Source: an uncultured Lachnospiraceae bacterium (GTDB lineage: Bacteria; Bacillota; Clostridia; Lachnospirales; Lachnospiraceae). Taken from it: a DNA stretch of 64,000 bases. A program made the position numbers and the translations under genes. Below the pieces are notes generated by a model. The model was given only the letters and a program-made list of their open reading frames with translations. It was not told the DNA's origin and ran no database searches. The stretch lies in NCBI GenBank assembly GCA_910579495.1, contig CAJTVD010000008.1, positions 7,741 through 71,740 of the forward strand, given 5' to 3'. Of this stretch, positions 51,806 through 61,238 are shown piece by piece. Numbering within the stretch: the first letter of the stretch is position 1; every line of letters begins with the position of its first letter.

Positions 51806-52402
51806 ATGAGTAGAGGAAAGTTATATGTATTTGAAGGATTCGATGGTGTAGGAAAAACGACGATTGTTACACAATTAAGTAATAGATTAAATAGTATGCA
51901 TATAGAGCATACGTCGTATAGTTTTCCAGGAAAAAATGTAAGTAAGTTTGGAGAATTGGTGTATGATATACATCATAATGCTGAAAAATATTTTGATTAT
52001 AATATTAATAATATTAGTTTGCAGCTAATACATATCGCTTCGCATTTGGATATATTGGAACGGTTTATCGTTCCAGATCTGTCTGCGGGAAAGGTGGTGC
52101 TGCTTGACCGGTTTTGGTGGTCTACCTTTGCATATGGAATAGGTAATGGCATTGATAAAAGTACTTTAAAGAATATTTTGTACCCGGAATTCAGAGTATT
52201 TGAAAAAATATCTATTGGTAAAATATTTTTAATAAGAAGAAACACAAGGAACTTATATTCTCCTGCTACGGATAGTTTAATTAGGAAAACATATGAAGAG
52301 CTGGCTTACTGTGAAGAATATAAGAATTTAGTAGCGAAGGTAGATAATATAGATATAGATGTTACTCTGAATACAATCTTATCATTAATGAGATTAAAGT
52401 AG
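51806..52402 (+). CDS. Thymidylate-kinase-like dNMP kinase
   Basis: FEGFDGVGKTT, VLLDRFWWSTFAYG. Confidence 0.85.
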   Translation: MSRGKLYVFEGFDGVGKTTIVTQLSNRLNSMHIEHTSYSFPGKNVSKFGELVYDIHHNAEKYFDYNINNISLQLIHIASHLDILERFIVPDLSAGKVVLLDRFWWSTFAYGIGNGIDKSTLKNILYPEFRVFEKISIGKIFLIRRNTRNLYSPATDSLIRKTYEELAYCEEYKNLVAKVDNIDIDVTLNTILSLMRLK

Positions 52403-52423
52403 TGGGAGAGGGAGAATAAATCA

Positions 52424-53428
52424 ATGTCAAATGCGTCTTTTCTATTAAATAAAACATCTGTTTATGATGCCTATTGGAGGTTTGCATGTGAAAGGCAGAA
52501 TATATTTTTTAAGAGAATTAATGGTGAAATGTATCCATGGACAGATGATGGTATATTATTAAAATATAAATTTACCAATGTATATAGAGCAACAGACAGA
52601 GTGAGTCAGTACTTGATAAGAAATGTTATATATAGTGGGGAGTATTCGCCAGAGGATCAATTATTCCGTATATTACTGTTTAAAATATTTAATAAAATAG
52701 AAACATGGGATTATCTGAAGACAAAGCTTGGAGAAATCAGATATACTACATTTGATATAGAACGATATGATTCTGTATTATGTGAAATGATTGCTAATGG
52801 TATGACAATATATTCAGCAGCATATATTATGCCATCAGGAAAAAGCAGTTTCGGTAGCAGAAAAAAGCATAGAAATAATCTCTTTTTATTAGATCATATA
52901 ATGAAAGATGGATTATCTGGAGCACTTGCTAAAATGAAGACAATGGATGATTTATATGAGAAACTTTTGTCTTATGATACCATAGGAGAGTTTCTTGCAT
53001 TCCAATATTCTGTAGATATAAACTATAGTGAATTGTGTGATTTTAGCGAAATGGATTTTGTTAAGGCGGGACCTGGCGCGAAACGTGGAATAGAAAAATG
53101 TTTTAGTAATTTTAAGAATTATACATATGAAGATATTATTCGTTATGTTGCAGACGTACAGGAGAAAGAATTTGAACGGTTGGGTTTAGAATTTAAAACT
53201 CTTTACGGTCGGCCGATGCAGTTGATAGATTGCCAGAATGTTTTTTGTGAAATAGATAAATATTCCAGGGTTGCTTTTCCTGAATATAATGAGAATTCAA
53301 ATAGGACGAGAATAAAGCAACAATATATTTTTGAAGATAAATCGGCAATAGATTTTATGCTTCCGCCAAAGTGGGGATTAAACAGTTTTAATAAGAAAAA
53401 TAGTTACAGTAACAGAGATTATGTTTGA
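52424..53428 (+). CDS. aGPT-Pplase1 / 5-hmdU DNA kinase helical-domain protein
   Basis: YWRFACERQNIF, PWTDD.IL..YKFTNVYRATDRVSQY, GEFLAFQ..D, GPGA.RG, LIDCQN.FCE.DKY.R. Confidence 0.78.
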   Translation: MSNASFLLNKTSVYDAYWRFACERQNIFFKRINGEMYPWTDDGILLKYKFTNVYRATDRVSQYLIRNVIYSGEYSPEDQLFRILLFKIFNKIETWDYLKTKLGEIRYTTFDIERYDSVLCEMIANGMTIYSAAYIMPSGKSSFGSRKKHRNNLFLLDHIMKDGLSGALAKMKTMDDLYEKLLSYDTIGEFLAFQYSVDINYSELCDFSEMDFVKAGPGAKRGIEKCFSNFKNYTYEDIIRYVADVQEKEFERLGLEFKTLYGRPMQLIDCQNVFCEIDKYSRVAFPEYNENSNRTRIKQQYIFEDKSAIDFMLPPKWGLNSFNKKNSYSNRDYV

Positions 53429-53441
53429 GCGGGAGGATTAC

Positions 53442-54449
53442 ATGTTATATTCGTACATAGGTGAAACAGCAAATGAAGTTTGGGAAAAGGCAGTTCTTGA
53501 TTTAAAGAAAAGTACAAAAAATGTGAACAGTCGTGCAGGGAAAACGGTCGAAAATCTTCATTCTATATTTCAGATTGCGAATCCTGTTCAGCGATGGGTT
53601 ACAAAAAGATGGGAACCGATAAGCCTTTCTTTTGCTTTAGCTGAAATTATCTGGATTTTATCAGGATCAAACGATGCTAAATTATTAAATATCTGGAATC
53701 CTGCTTTGCCAAAGTATGCAGGTTATGGTGACACTTATCATGGCGCTTATGGATATAGAATAAGAAAAAATTACGGTTTCGATCAATTAGAGCGTGCATA
53801 TAATGCGCTGAGTCAAAATTGTCAAAGCAGACAGGTGGTTATTTCAATATGGGATGCCAGAATAGATATGCCGAACGAAAAAGGAGAACCGGCAGACAGT
53901 GATATTCCATGTAATATTTGTTCCTTCCTTAAGGTTAGGCAGGGAAAGCTTGATTGGACACAGATGATGAGGAGTAATGATGTTCATCGCGGATTTCCGT
54001 ATAATGTAGTTCAGTACACAATATTACAAGAGATTTTGGCAGGCTGGCTTGGAATAGACGTAGGGGCATATACGCATTATTCAGACAGTTTACACTATTA
54101 TGTTACGGACAATTTTGAAATAAATGGAAAAAACAATATTTGTTCCTACAATACGGACTCATTGAGAACAACAAAGGAGCAATTTGATGAGATTGTCAGA
54201 AAAATGTACCAAATAATGCAGATAATGGCATTTAATGACGTAAGTGAGAGAGAACTAGCGAGTCTTATGTCAGAGAGTCTGGGAAATGAGGCATATGATA
54301 ATATAATGGCAATGATAACATTATATATTGCACATAAAAAACGATACTACAATTTGGAACAAAAACTTCTTCATAGTTGTACCAATAAGATTTATTGTGA
54401 TATGTGGAATGCATGGATAAATAGAAAGAATATGAATAAAGGTATATGA
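53442..54449 (+). CDS. Thymidylate synthase-like enzyme (possible dUMP hydroxymethylase)
   Basis: GAYGYR, SRQVVISIWD, DIPCN, MRSNDVHRGFPYN, SLHYY; RBS GGGAGG before ATG 53442 (ORF from 53421). Confidence 0.88.
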   Translation: MLYSYIGETANEVWEKAVLDLKKSTKNVNSRAGKTVENLHSIFQIANPVQRWVTKRWEPISLSFALAEIIWILSGSNDAKLLNIWNPALPKYAGYGDTYHGAYGYRIRKNYGFDQLERAYNALSQNCQSRQVVISIWDARIDMPNEKGEPADSDIPCNICSFLKVRQGKLDWTQMMRSNDVHRGFPYNVVQYTILQEILAGWLGIDVGAYTHYSDSLHYYVTDNFEINGKNNICSYNTDSLRTTKEQFDEIVRKMYQIMQIMAFNDVSERELASLMSESLGNEAYDNIMAMITLYIAHKKRYYNLEQKLLHSCTNKIYCDMWNAWINRKNMNKGI

Positions 54450-55267
54450 TTATGAGAATTGCTTTTTTGTGTAATGCTAAATATGTATTATCATTAAAAA
54501 AAATTATGAATCAATATCATAACATTGAAACGTTTTATTTTTGTTCATCTGATAAAGAACAAAAAATTAAAGAAGATGAGTATAAAATTAAAATTGATAA
54601 AAATTATGAATATGAAATTTTTAAGTTATTAGAAATTGATTTAGTATTGATGTATAGCTGGAAATATTTGATACCAGAAAATGTCTTAAATAGGATACCT
54701 GTTTATAATTTCCATCCATCATTGCTGCCAGCATACAGAGGTCCACTTCCTTTGACTTTTCAAATTTTAAATGGGGAAAAGACAGGAGGGGTAACACTCC
54801 ATAAAGTTGATAAATATTACGATAATGGAGCCATTTATACTCAGATGAAATACAACATTTCTTCAAATGACACAAGTGTTATTTTGGAAATTAAAGTATT
54901 TCAGTGTATAAAAAGAATAATGGATATGTTCGTAAAGGATTTAATTAATAGCAATATCTTATTAACAAATCAGGATATTTCAAAGGTTACATGCTATTCT
55001 TATGCCGACTTAAATAAGTATATTATAGATAATACATATTCTCTTAATAAATTTTTGCAGATATCGCGGTATATTAATAAAGTAAAATTAAAAATAAAAG
55101 TCGGAAATGATATTTATTTTCTTAAAAATTATAAGATTGACAGGGATAATATTTGCAATTATGAATATTGCCTGACAAATAAAAAGATATATGTTTCTAT
55201 AATACCATATAAAGATGTTGGGGTCAAAACTATAAATAAAGTTGCCTCTATCCCTATAGTACCTTGA
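54446..55267 (+). CDS. Formyltransferase family protein (Fmt-like)
   Basis: NFHPSLLPAYRGP, GVTLHKVD..YDNG. Confidence 0.85.
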   Translation: MIMRIAFLCNAKYVLSLKKIMNQYHNIETFYFCSSDKEQKIKEDEYKIKIDKNYEYEIFKLLEIDLVLMYSWKYLIPENVLNRIPVYNFHPSLLPAYRGPLPLTFQILNGEKTGGVTLHKVDKYYDNGAIYTQMKYNISSNDTSVILEIKVFQCIKRIMDMFVKDLINSNILLTNQDISKVTCYSYADLNKYIIDNTYSLNKFLQISRYINKVKLKIKVGNDIYFLKNYKIDRDNICNYEYCLTNKKIYVSIIPYKDVGVKTINKVASIPIVP

Positions 55268-55451
55268 AAAATTCATATTCTGTAGTATATCTCCGGACTT
55301 TTTGGGGAGAAACAAAAAGAACAGCTTATACAAAAGATAAACTGCTCTGAATGTGATTCTTTCTGATTGTACCAAGTCACGGAATTTTAGCCGTAGACTG
55401 TATGGGAACAGTATCCTTTCCAAGAAGCTTAAAAGAGCGGTGTTCTCAATG

Positions 55452-56615
55452 TAAGAAAATTCCCTGCTTTGCCGCATGCACTCCGTGCAGCAGGCAGGGA
55501 GAAAAACCTTCCCTATTCGATTTACGAAAGTATTGGTCATGCGCACCGAAAAATAACTTGACAATAATCATGATTGAAAAAAGTGCTTATTTCGCGGTCA
55601 AAAAAAGGGTTCGAAAAAGGAATGCCCGGGCGGGAATCTTTAGGAAGGGCGTATATGGGAGAGCATCGCGGTAAGCCTGCATGAAGTATTCTACAGGGCA
55701 TCGGTCCGGTACCTGATCGTAGAGCTGTATGTATGCAAGGCAGCAGGCTTACTGTCAGGGGAAATAGCAGGGAAGAGTATCTGTGTTACTGCAGCCTGCT
55801 AAAGGATGAGCAGTATGTTGAAATTGTCTATGAGAAATACCCCGGACTGCGTCGGTATTTAAAGGAACTGGAAGTGGTCCAGCTATACTCTTGGCGGGAA
55901 CTGCTGGGACGGCTTGTGAATGACTGGGAGCAGATCAGGGATTATTTCCATCTGGAGTCGGATAGACGGATAAGGGATATCAACGGTCTGGCTCGGATTT
56001 CCACTGTAAGGGGAGATTGGTTGTCATCGTGGAAACGGACAGGAAAAAGGAAATCCTGTATAAACCCCATTCACTGGAGAATGAGATTTTCCTGCAGGGT
56101 CTAACGGGATGGGTATGGCTGGGCAGAAAAGGTCGTATGGCAGGAATGTACTGTGGGGAAGGGGCGGTGGCATATGCCTATAAACTGCTCTATGAGATTA
56201 CTGGAGAATTCAGTTACCGGAGATATGTGGGCATCCATGCAAAGATCATGTGCAGATATATCAGCAGGAACAGGCATCTGGATTTGACCTATGGCAACGC
56301 CAGGGCGGTGCTGGTCCTGTGTCGGCAGTCCAGGGATACCGGGGATGAGGCCTATCTGAAGGGGGCACAGAATGCCTTGTCGTATCTGGAAGACAGGCGG
56401 TTGGAATCCGGGCAGGGAGTCACCAGGCTTGAAAAAGCGGAAGGAAGCCCTGTGTGCAGCCTGGCCTGCTTTCGAACGGAGACGGTGTTACCTGTTGCCA
56501 ATCTTTTAACATGAAGGAATATCTGGAAAATCTATTTGTTCACTCGTGGGATGAAATAAAAGAAAAAATAAAGCTTACTGATATGTGTAAATTGTGTAGG
56601 TATGCAATTGAAGAT
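55452..56615 (+). pseudogene. Multiply deleted duplicate of the lanM upstream region, lanM and radical SAM 3' end
   Basis: Segments match ~40805-40990, 41155-41646, 41711-41749, 42965-43284 and 44523-44673 in order, with frameshifts. Confidence 0.92.
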
Positions 56616-56750
56616 TGACATATGAAGGATAGGGGTTGGAGAGCCATAATTAAATTAAAGCATGATTGAAAGTTTTAGAGAGATAGTAAGTTAAAAAATT
56701 ATGTTACATTAATAAGGTAGGGGACTATATAAAACCTGGATTGTGATATA

Positions 56751-58304
56751 ATGGGGAGGATAAAAGTGAAAGTTAGAAATAATTTAAAGAATTTGGGTAT
56801 TTTTAAAGATTTTACGGATGGTACAATTAAATCTGTGTTTCGATCAAGTAACCAGGGGGTGATTGAAATTACATTATTATTTAATAAGCCAGATATGGAT
56901 GTTCTATGTTTACCTACACATCACTTTTGTAATTTAGGTTGTAAAATCTGCCATTTAACTAATAATGCCTTAAATAAAAGGATGGTTCCTATTGAGATAG
57001 ATGATATGATAGAAGCGATAATTAAAGCTTCTTGTTTTAATCTGGCTGATTTATCTATAAGTACAGAAAATTTAGACTCAGATATATTAAAGAGACGCAC
57101 AGAAAAGAAAAAGCTAATGCTCTCTTTTATGGGCGTTGGAGAGCCATTGTTAAATTTAAATATGATTGAAAATCTTATAAAGAGAGAAAGTGAGTTAAAA
57201 AGCATTCTTCACTATTCAGATATAAGTTATGCTTTGGCAACAATGATTCCAAATGATAATATGAGTAAGCTTATTGACCTAGTAACTCAAAGTAAGGTAG
57301 CTTTAAAAGTACACTTTTCTTTACATTCTCCATATGATACGGAAAGAGCTCATTTACTCCCTTCCTCAAAAACAACTGTTAGAGAGGCATTGTCACAGTT
57401 GAAAAAATATAGTGACAGAGTATTTGAAAATGAGCATATTAGAAATGAATACAAAAAATTTCATAAAAGTAATATACCTGTAGAAATTCATTATACCCTA
57501 ATAAGGGATGTAAATGATTCTCAAGAACATCTTAATGAAGTTATCAGGCTTTTGCTTGAATATAAAATTCCGATTAAGTTTATCAGATTTAATGAGACTG
57601 GTGATTTAAAAGTAAGCAACATGGAAAATATCTGGGTTATGAGAATTAGTGGTCAAATACCAGGACTGAAAATAAAAACATATTCCCCTCCTGGCAAGCA
57701 TATAGGTAGTTCATGTGGAGAATTTACAAAACACTACTATCATGAGGAAATTGAATCTCCAGAACAGTATAATGAATTTATAAATTGGGAAAAGGAACAT
57801 AAAATATACGAAAATTATAGAAAAGATTTTATAGCTTGGGACGAATATTATATGGGTGTAGCTATTTTGTCCTCAAAACGTAGCAAGGATCCATCTACTC
57901 AGGTTGGTGCATGTATTGTAAGCAGTGATAATAGAATTTTATCAGTGGGATATAATGGAACACCGAATGCAATTGATGATGAGCGTTTTAATTGGAGTAA
58001 AGAGGGGGATAGGTTAGAAAATAAGTATGCATATGTAATCCATGCAGAAGTTAATTCTATTCTAAACTTTAAAGGTAATACAAATGAGTTGAGTGGTGCG
58101 ACTTTATATGTTACTTTGTTTCCATGTAATGAATGTGCAAAGTTTATTGTCCAGTGTGGTATTAAAAAAGTAGTGTATTTATCTGATAAATATCATAAAA
58201 AAAGAGAGACAGGTGTAGCCAAAAACATTTTTGATAGTTGTAGGGTAAAGTATATTAAATTTACTAAAAGGAATAACATACAAATATCATATGAAGAAAT
58301 CTGA
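56751..58304 (+). CDS. RlmN/Cfr-like radical SAM domain fused to dCMP deaminase
   Basis: VLCLPTHHFCNLGCKIC, SFMGVGEP, FSLHS, SSCGEF; then WDEYYM, SKDPSTQVGACIV, HAEVN, FPCNEC. Confidence 0.88.
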   Translation: MGRIKVKVRNNLKNLGIFKDFTDGTIKSVFRSSNQGVIEITLLFNKPDMDVLCLPTHHFCNLGCKICHLTNNALNKRMVPIEIDDMIEAIIKASCFNLADLSISTENLDSDILKRRTEKKKLMLSFMGVGEPLLNLNMIENLIKRESELKSILHYSDISYALATMIPNDNMSKLIDLVTQSKVALKVHFSLHSPYDTERAHLLPSSKTTVREALSQLKKYSDRVFENEHIRNEYKKFHKSNIPVEIHYTLIRDVNDSQEHLNEVIRLLLEYKIPIKFIRFNETGDLKVSNMENIWVMRISGQIPGLKIKTYSPPGKHIGSSCGEFTKHYYHEEIESPEQYNEFINWEKEHKIYENYRKDFIAWDEYYMGVAILSSKRSKDPSTQVGACIVSSDNRILSVGYNGTPNAIDDERFNWSKEGDRLENKYAYVIHAEVNSILNFKGNTNELSGATLYVTLFPCNECAKFIVQCGIKKVVYLSDKYHKKRETGVAKNIFDSCRVKYIKFTKRNNIQISYEEI

Positions 58305-59007
58305 TTTAATAATTTATGAATGTAAAAAGGAGAAGACGTGCCTATTTGGTACATCATACAGAAAAATGTTTATTGCGTTTGACGGAATTGATGGAGCTGG
58401 TAAATCTACAATTTATAAAAAAATAGCCCATGAGTTAGAAAAAAATTATTCTGTGCAAGTTTTTGATATGGGTTGTTTAGGATTTTTGGATGATATTATT
58501 GAAGGAATAAAAAAAGGGAAGTATTTATGTTCTGCTGAAATAAGAGAATGTATTTATTACTTTGAAGGTTGTCTTTTTAGTGATTTAATTGTAGGAAAAT
58601 ATCTTAAAGATAAATACAAGCATATTTTAATTGACAGATATCTTCTTTCCTTTTTATCTTATGGTCCGTTGAATGGAGTTTCAATAGATAAGGTTAGCTT
58701 ATTGACATCAAAAATGAAATGGCCAGATTATTATTTTTATGTTGATGTACAGCCTGAAATAGCTTTAAATCGTATTAAGAATAAGAGAAACATTGTTAAA
58801 CCGGAAATTGGTTATAAAAATGAGTTAGAAACAAATGAAAAAGAAAATCATGCTAAATTTATAAGTCATCAGACTTTAGTAAGAAAGAATTTTAAGCAGG
58901 CAATACAATTTGTTGGTAAAAAGGTTTATTCAATAAATAATGATGGGGACAATGACTATGCGCTTTACGAAATTAGGAAAGTGCTTGGGAGGGAACTTAG
59001 ATGTTAG
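58291..59007 (+). CDS. Thymidylate-kinase-like dNMP kinase
   Basis: FDGIDGAGKST, LIDRYLLS..SYG, PD..FYVDV.PE.AL.RI. Confidence 0.85.
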   Translation: MKKSDLIIYECKKEKTCLFGTSYRKMFIAFDGIDGAGKSTIYKKIAHELEKNYSVQVFDMGCLGFLDDIIEGIKKGKYLCSAEIRECIYYFEGCLFSDLIVGKYLKDKYKHILIDRYLLSFLSYGPLNGVSIDKVSLLTSKMKWPDYYFYVDVQPEIALNRIKNKRNIVKPEIGYKNELETNEKENHAKFISHQTLVRKNFKQAIQFVGKKVYSINNDGDNDYALYEIRKVLGRELRC

Positions 59008-59087
59008 AGAATGACAAATAAGTTATTTATGGCCAATTCATAATGACGTAAATTATAGAATTAGTTTTAGGAGAAAGGATTTTTGAA

Positions 59088-60164
59088 ATGAACAATAGGG
59101 TCTTATTCCAAATTTGTGATATTTTTAATGACGCAGAGATTGATTTAGAATATTATGACCTTGAAAAGCTATTAGGTGAGATAATTTTAAATCGAACAGC
59201 AGGGATAGCATATAATAACTTAGACTTTATAAATAAAAGAGTACCGATAGAATTTAAAAACGCATTAAAGGTGATTTTTTTGAACAATATAGAGAAAGCA
59301 AAAAGATACAAAAATAATATAAGAAATTTATCTTTGCTTTTTTACGAGTGTGATTTTGATTATGCTTTTTTAAAAGGTTCTTTTTTATCAACAGTATTAT
59401 ATAAAGAAGGATTAAGAACGTCAAATGATATAGATATATTGTTAAATAGTGAAGATATATCGTCATGCCAACAACTTCTCATAAGAAATGGTTTTATTCA
59501 GGGGTATTATTCGCAGGAAAAGGGAATTGTTCCTGCTACTCGTAGAGAAATTATTCAGTCAAGAATGAATTATGGAGAAACAGTTCCATTTTTAAAAATG
59601 GTTGATGATGATTTGCTTGTAATAGATATCAATTTTTCTGTTGATTTTAAGCCGTCATCAAATAGACCCATAGTTAAGGAATTGATTCAAAGTTCAATAG
59701 ATATTGATTTTGAGGACATAAAAATAAGGACGTTGAATCCAGTGGACTTTATAATTCATTTGTGTTGCCATTTATATAAGGAGGCTACAACATATAATTG
59801 GCTGATATCAAAAAGAGATTTATTGCTGTACAAGTTTTGCGATATAAATCTTATGCTGCATCATTATGGAAACAGAGTGTATTTTAAAGAATTATTGGCA
59901 AGAATAAAGCATTTTCATATTGGGAAGGAATGCTACTATACATTTGAAAATTCTTCAATAATATATCCAAAATTAAGAGGGATTGAAGGGTTTGAAGAAT
60001 TTATGGAGCAAGTGAGACCTTCTGATCTGAATTATATGAAACAGATATTGTTTCCGATGGAAAAAAAGTTATATGAATACAGCATGGGATTTGAAGAATG
60101 GTTTTTTTGTGAAGATAGAATATCAAATTTAAAGGAAATACCCTATGAAGAGAATGGAGTTTGA
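59088..60164 (+). CDS. Nucleotidyltransferase family protein (NTP_transf_5-like)
   Basis: AFLKG...R.SNDIDIL, IIHLCCHLYKE. Confidence 0.8.
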   Translation: MNNRVLFQICDIFNDAEIDLEYYDLEKLLGEIILNRTAGIAYNNLDFINKRVPIEFKNALKVIFLNNIEKAKRYKNNIRNLSLLFYECDFDYAFLKGSFLSTVLYKEGLRTSNDIDILLNSEDISSCQQLLIRNGFIQGYYSQEKGIVPATRREIIQSRMNYGETVPFLKMVDDDLLVIDINFSVDFKPSSNRPIVKELIQSSIDIDFEDIKIRTLNPVDFIIHLCCHLYKEATTYNWLISKRDLLLYKFCDINLMLHHYGNRVYFKELLARIKHFHIGKECYYTFENSSIIYPKLRGIEGFEEFMEQVRPSDLNYMKQILFPMEKKLYEYSMGFEEWFFCEDRISNLKEIPYEENGV

Positions 60165-60981
60165 TAAAGAATTGCTAAATGGCCTGCATGGGCTATCTTG
60201 TATCGAAAACTTTGTACTATACATATTAAAGAAAGAAGGGTTTTCGCACCAATGCTTATACTATCAGTCATACCTGCCTTTTAGCGAGATAGCAAAGGAG
60301 CTTATTTATAAGAAGACCTCATATGCCTATTTCTATAGGGTTAAGAGGATTCAAAACGTTGCTGCTGAGAGTGGGATAATACAGATGCAGACTCGCAGTG
60401 AATTAGATTTGGACTTTATTTGTAACCATGATTATGTTTGTGTTATGGTCAAACCAGAATATATGAAAGATAAGTATAATGTAGGTTTATGGAGAGAGGA
60501 TCATTATATTTTGCTGGCAGATGCGGGCGGATTTCAATTTTATTATCTAAATGATACACCGAGAGATGCTGGTATAATATCTTTTGACTTACTTAGACAA
60601 ATCTATGGAGGTAAAACGATAGCGATTGATATTAAGCAAAAGATACGTGGAGAAATGAAGCAAATATATTTACGCAGATTGGTTCAAAGTATGGAGATTG
60701 ACAGAGTTGCTGAAAAATGCAATATATCGAATCTGATCACTGCAAGAGATATTTTGGGAATTTGCCGTATATTAAGAAAGCGTTTATATGAATTTTCATC
60801 TATGTATATTGATGCGGATTATCTTGTCCCATACCTAAATATGCTGGATAAGCAGTATATGGCTATTGAATATTTAAGGTTGAGAAAAAAGGATGACTAC
60901 GATAAAGCTGGTAATATTTTGTTAAATGTGGCGATAGAAGATATAAAGAATATGGCATGTATATTAACTGATTTAAAATAA
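60145..60981 (+). CDS. Hypothetical protein, possibly papain-fold (BtrH/C39-like)
   Basis: N-terminal SCIE, DHYILL, YLND spacing resembles a Cys-His-Asp triad. Confidence 0.5.
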   Translation: MKRMEFDKELLNGLHGLSCIENFVLYILKKEGFSHQCLYYQSYLPFSEIAKELIYKKTSYAYFYRVKRIQNVAAESGIIQMQTRSELDLDFICNHDYVCVMVKPEYMKDKYNVGLWREDHYILLADAGGFQFYYLNDTPRDAGIISFDLLRQIYGGKTIAIDIKQKIRGEMKQIYLRRLVQSMEIDRVAEKCNISNLITARDILGICRILRKRLYEFSSMYIDADYLVPYLNMLDKQYMAIEYLRLRKKDDYDKAGNILLNVAIEDIKNMACILTDLK

Positions 60982-60995
60982 TGGAAGGTGGAAAT

Positions 60996-61223
60996 ATGGA
61001 AAAAGAAATAATAGAAGTAATAGCCCCCATGTCGCTGTTGGATGTAGATGAAATAACAGAGAACGATCTGTTTTCAGATATAGGAGTTGATTCTTTAAAG
61101 TTGGTCGAGATAATTATGAATTTGGAAGATAGATTTAATATCACATTTGCTGACTTTGAGCTTAATCCTGAGAATCTTACTACAGTTAAAAGTGTTATTG
61201 CTCTGGTAAAAAGATATCTGTGA
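60996..61223 (+). CDS. Acyl carrier protein
   Basis: DIGVDSLKLVEIIMNLEDRFNITF. Confidence 0.9.
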   Translation: MEKEIIEVIAPMSLLDVDEITENDLFSDIGVDSLKLVEIIMNLEDRFNITFADFELNPENLTTVKSVIALVKRYL

Positions 61224-61238
61224 AAATAGGAATAAATT

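Noticed and set aside
55733..56514. Two intact small genes (123 and 165 aa)
   Set aside because: They are frameshifted mosaics of lanM fragments.
51806..59007. Housekeeping tmk, thyA, fmt and rlmN symbols
   Set aside because: Divergent, AT-rich, duplicated or fused and in an accessory context; symbols withheld.
59001..59087. In-frame upstream ATG suggesting a broken nucleotidyltransferase N-terminus
   Set aside because: Two stops intervene and ATG 59088 has its own purine-rich RBS and a plausible full-length product.
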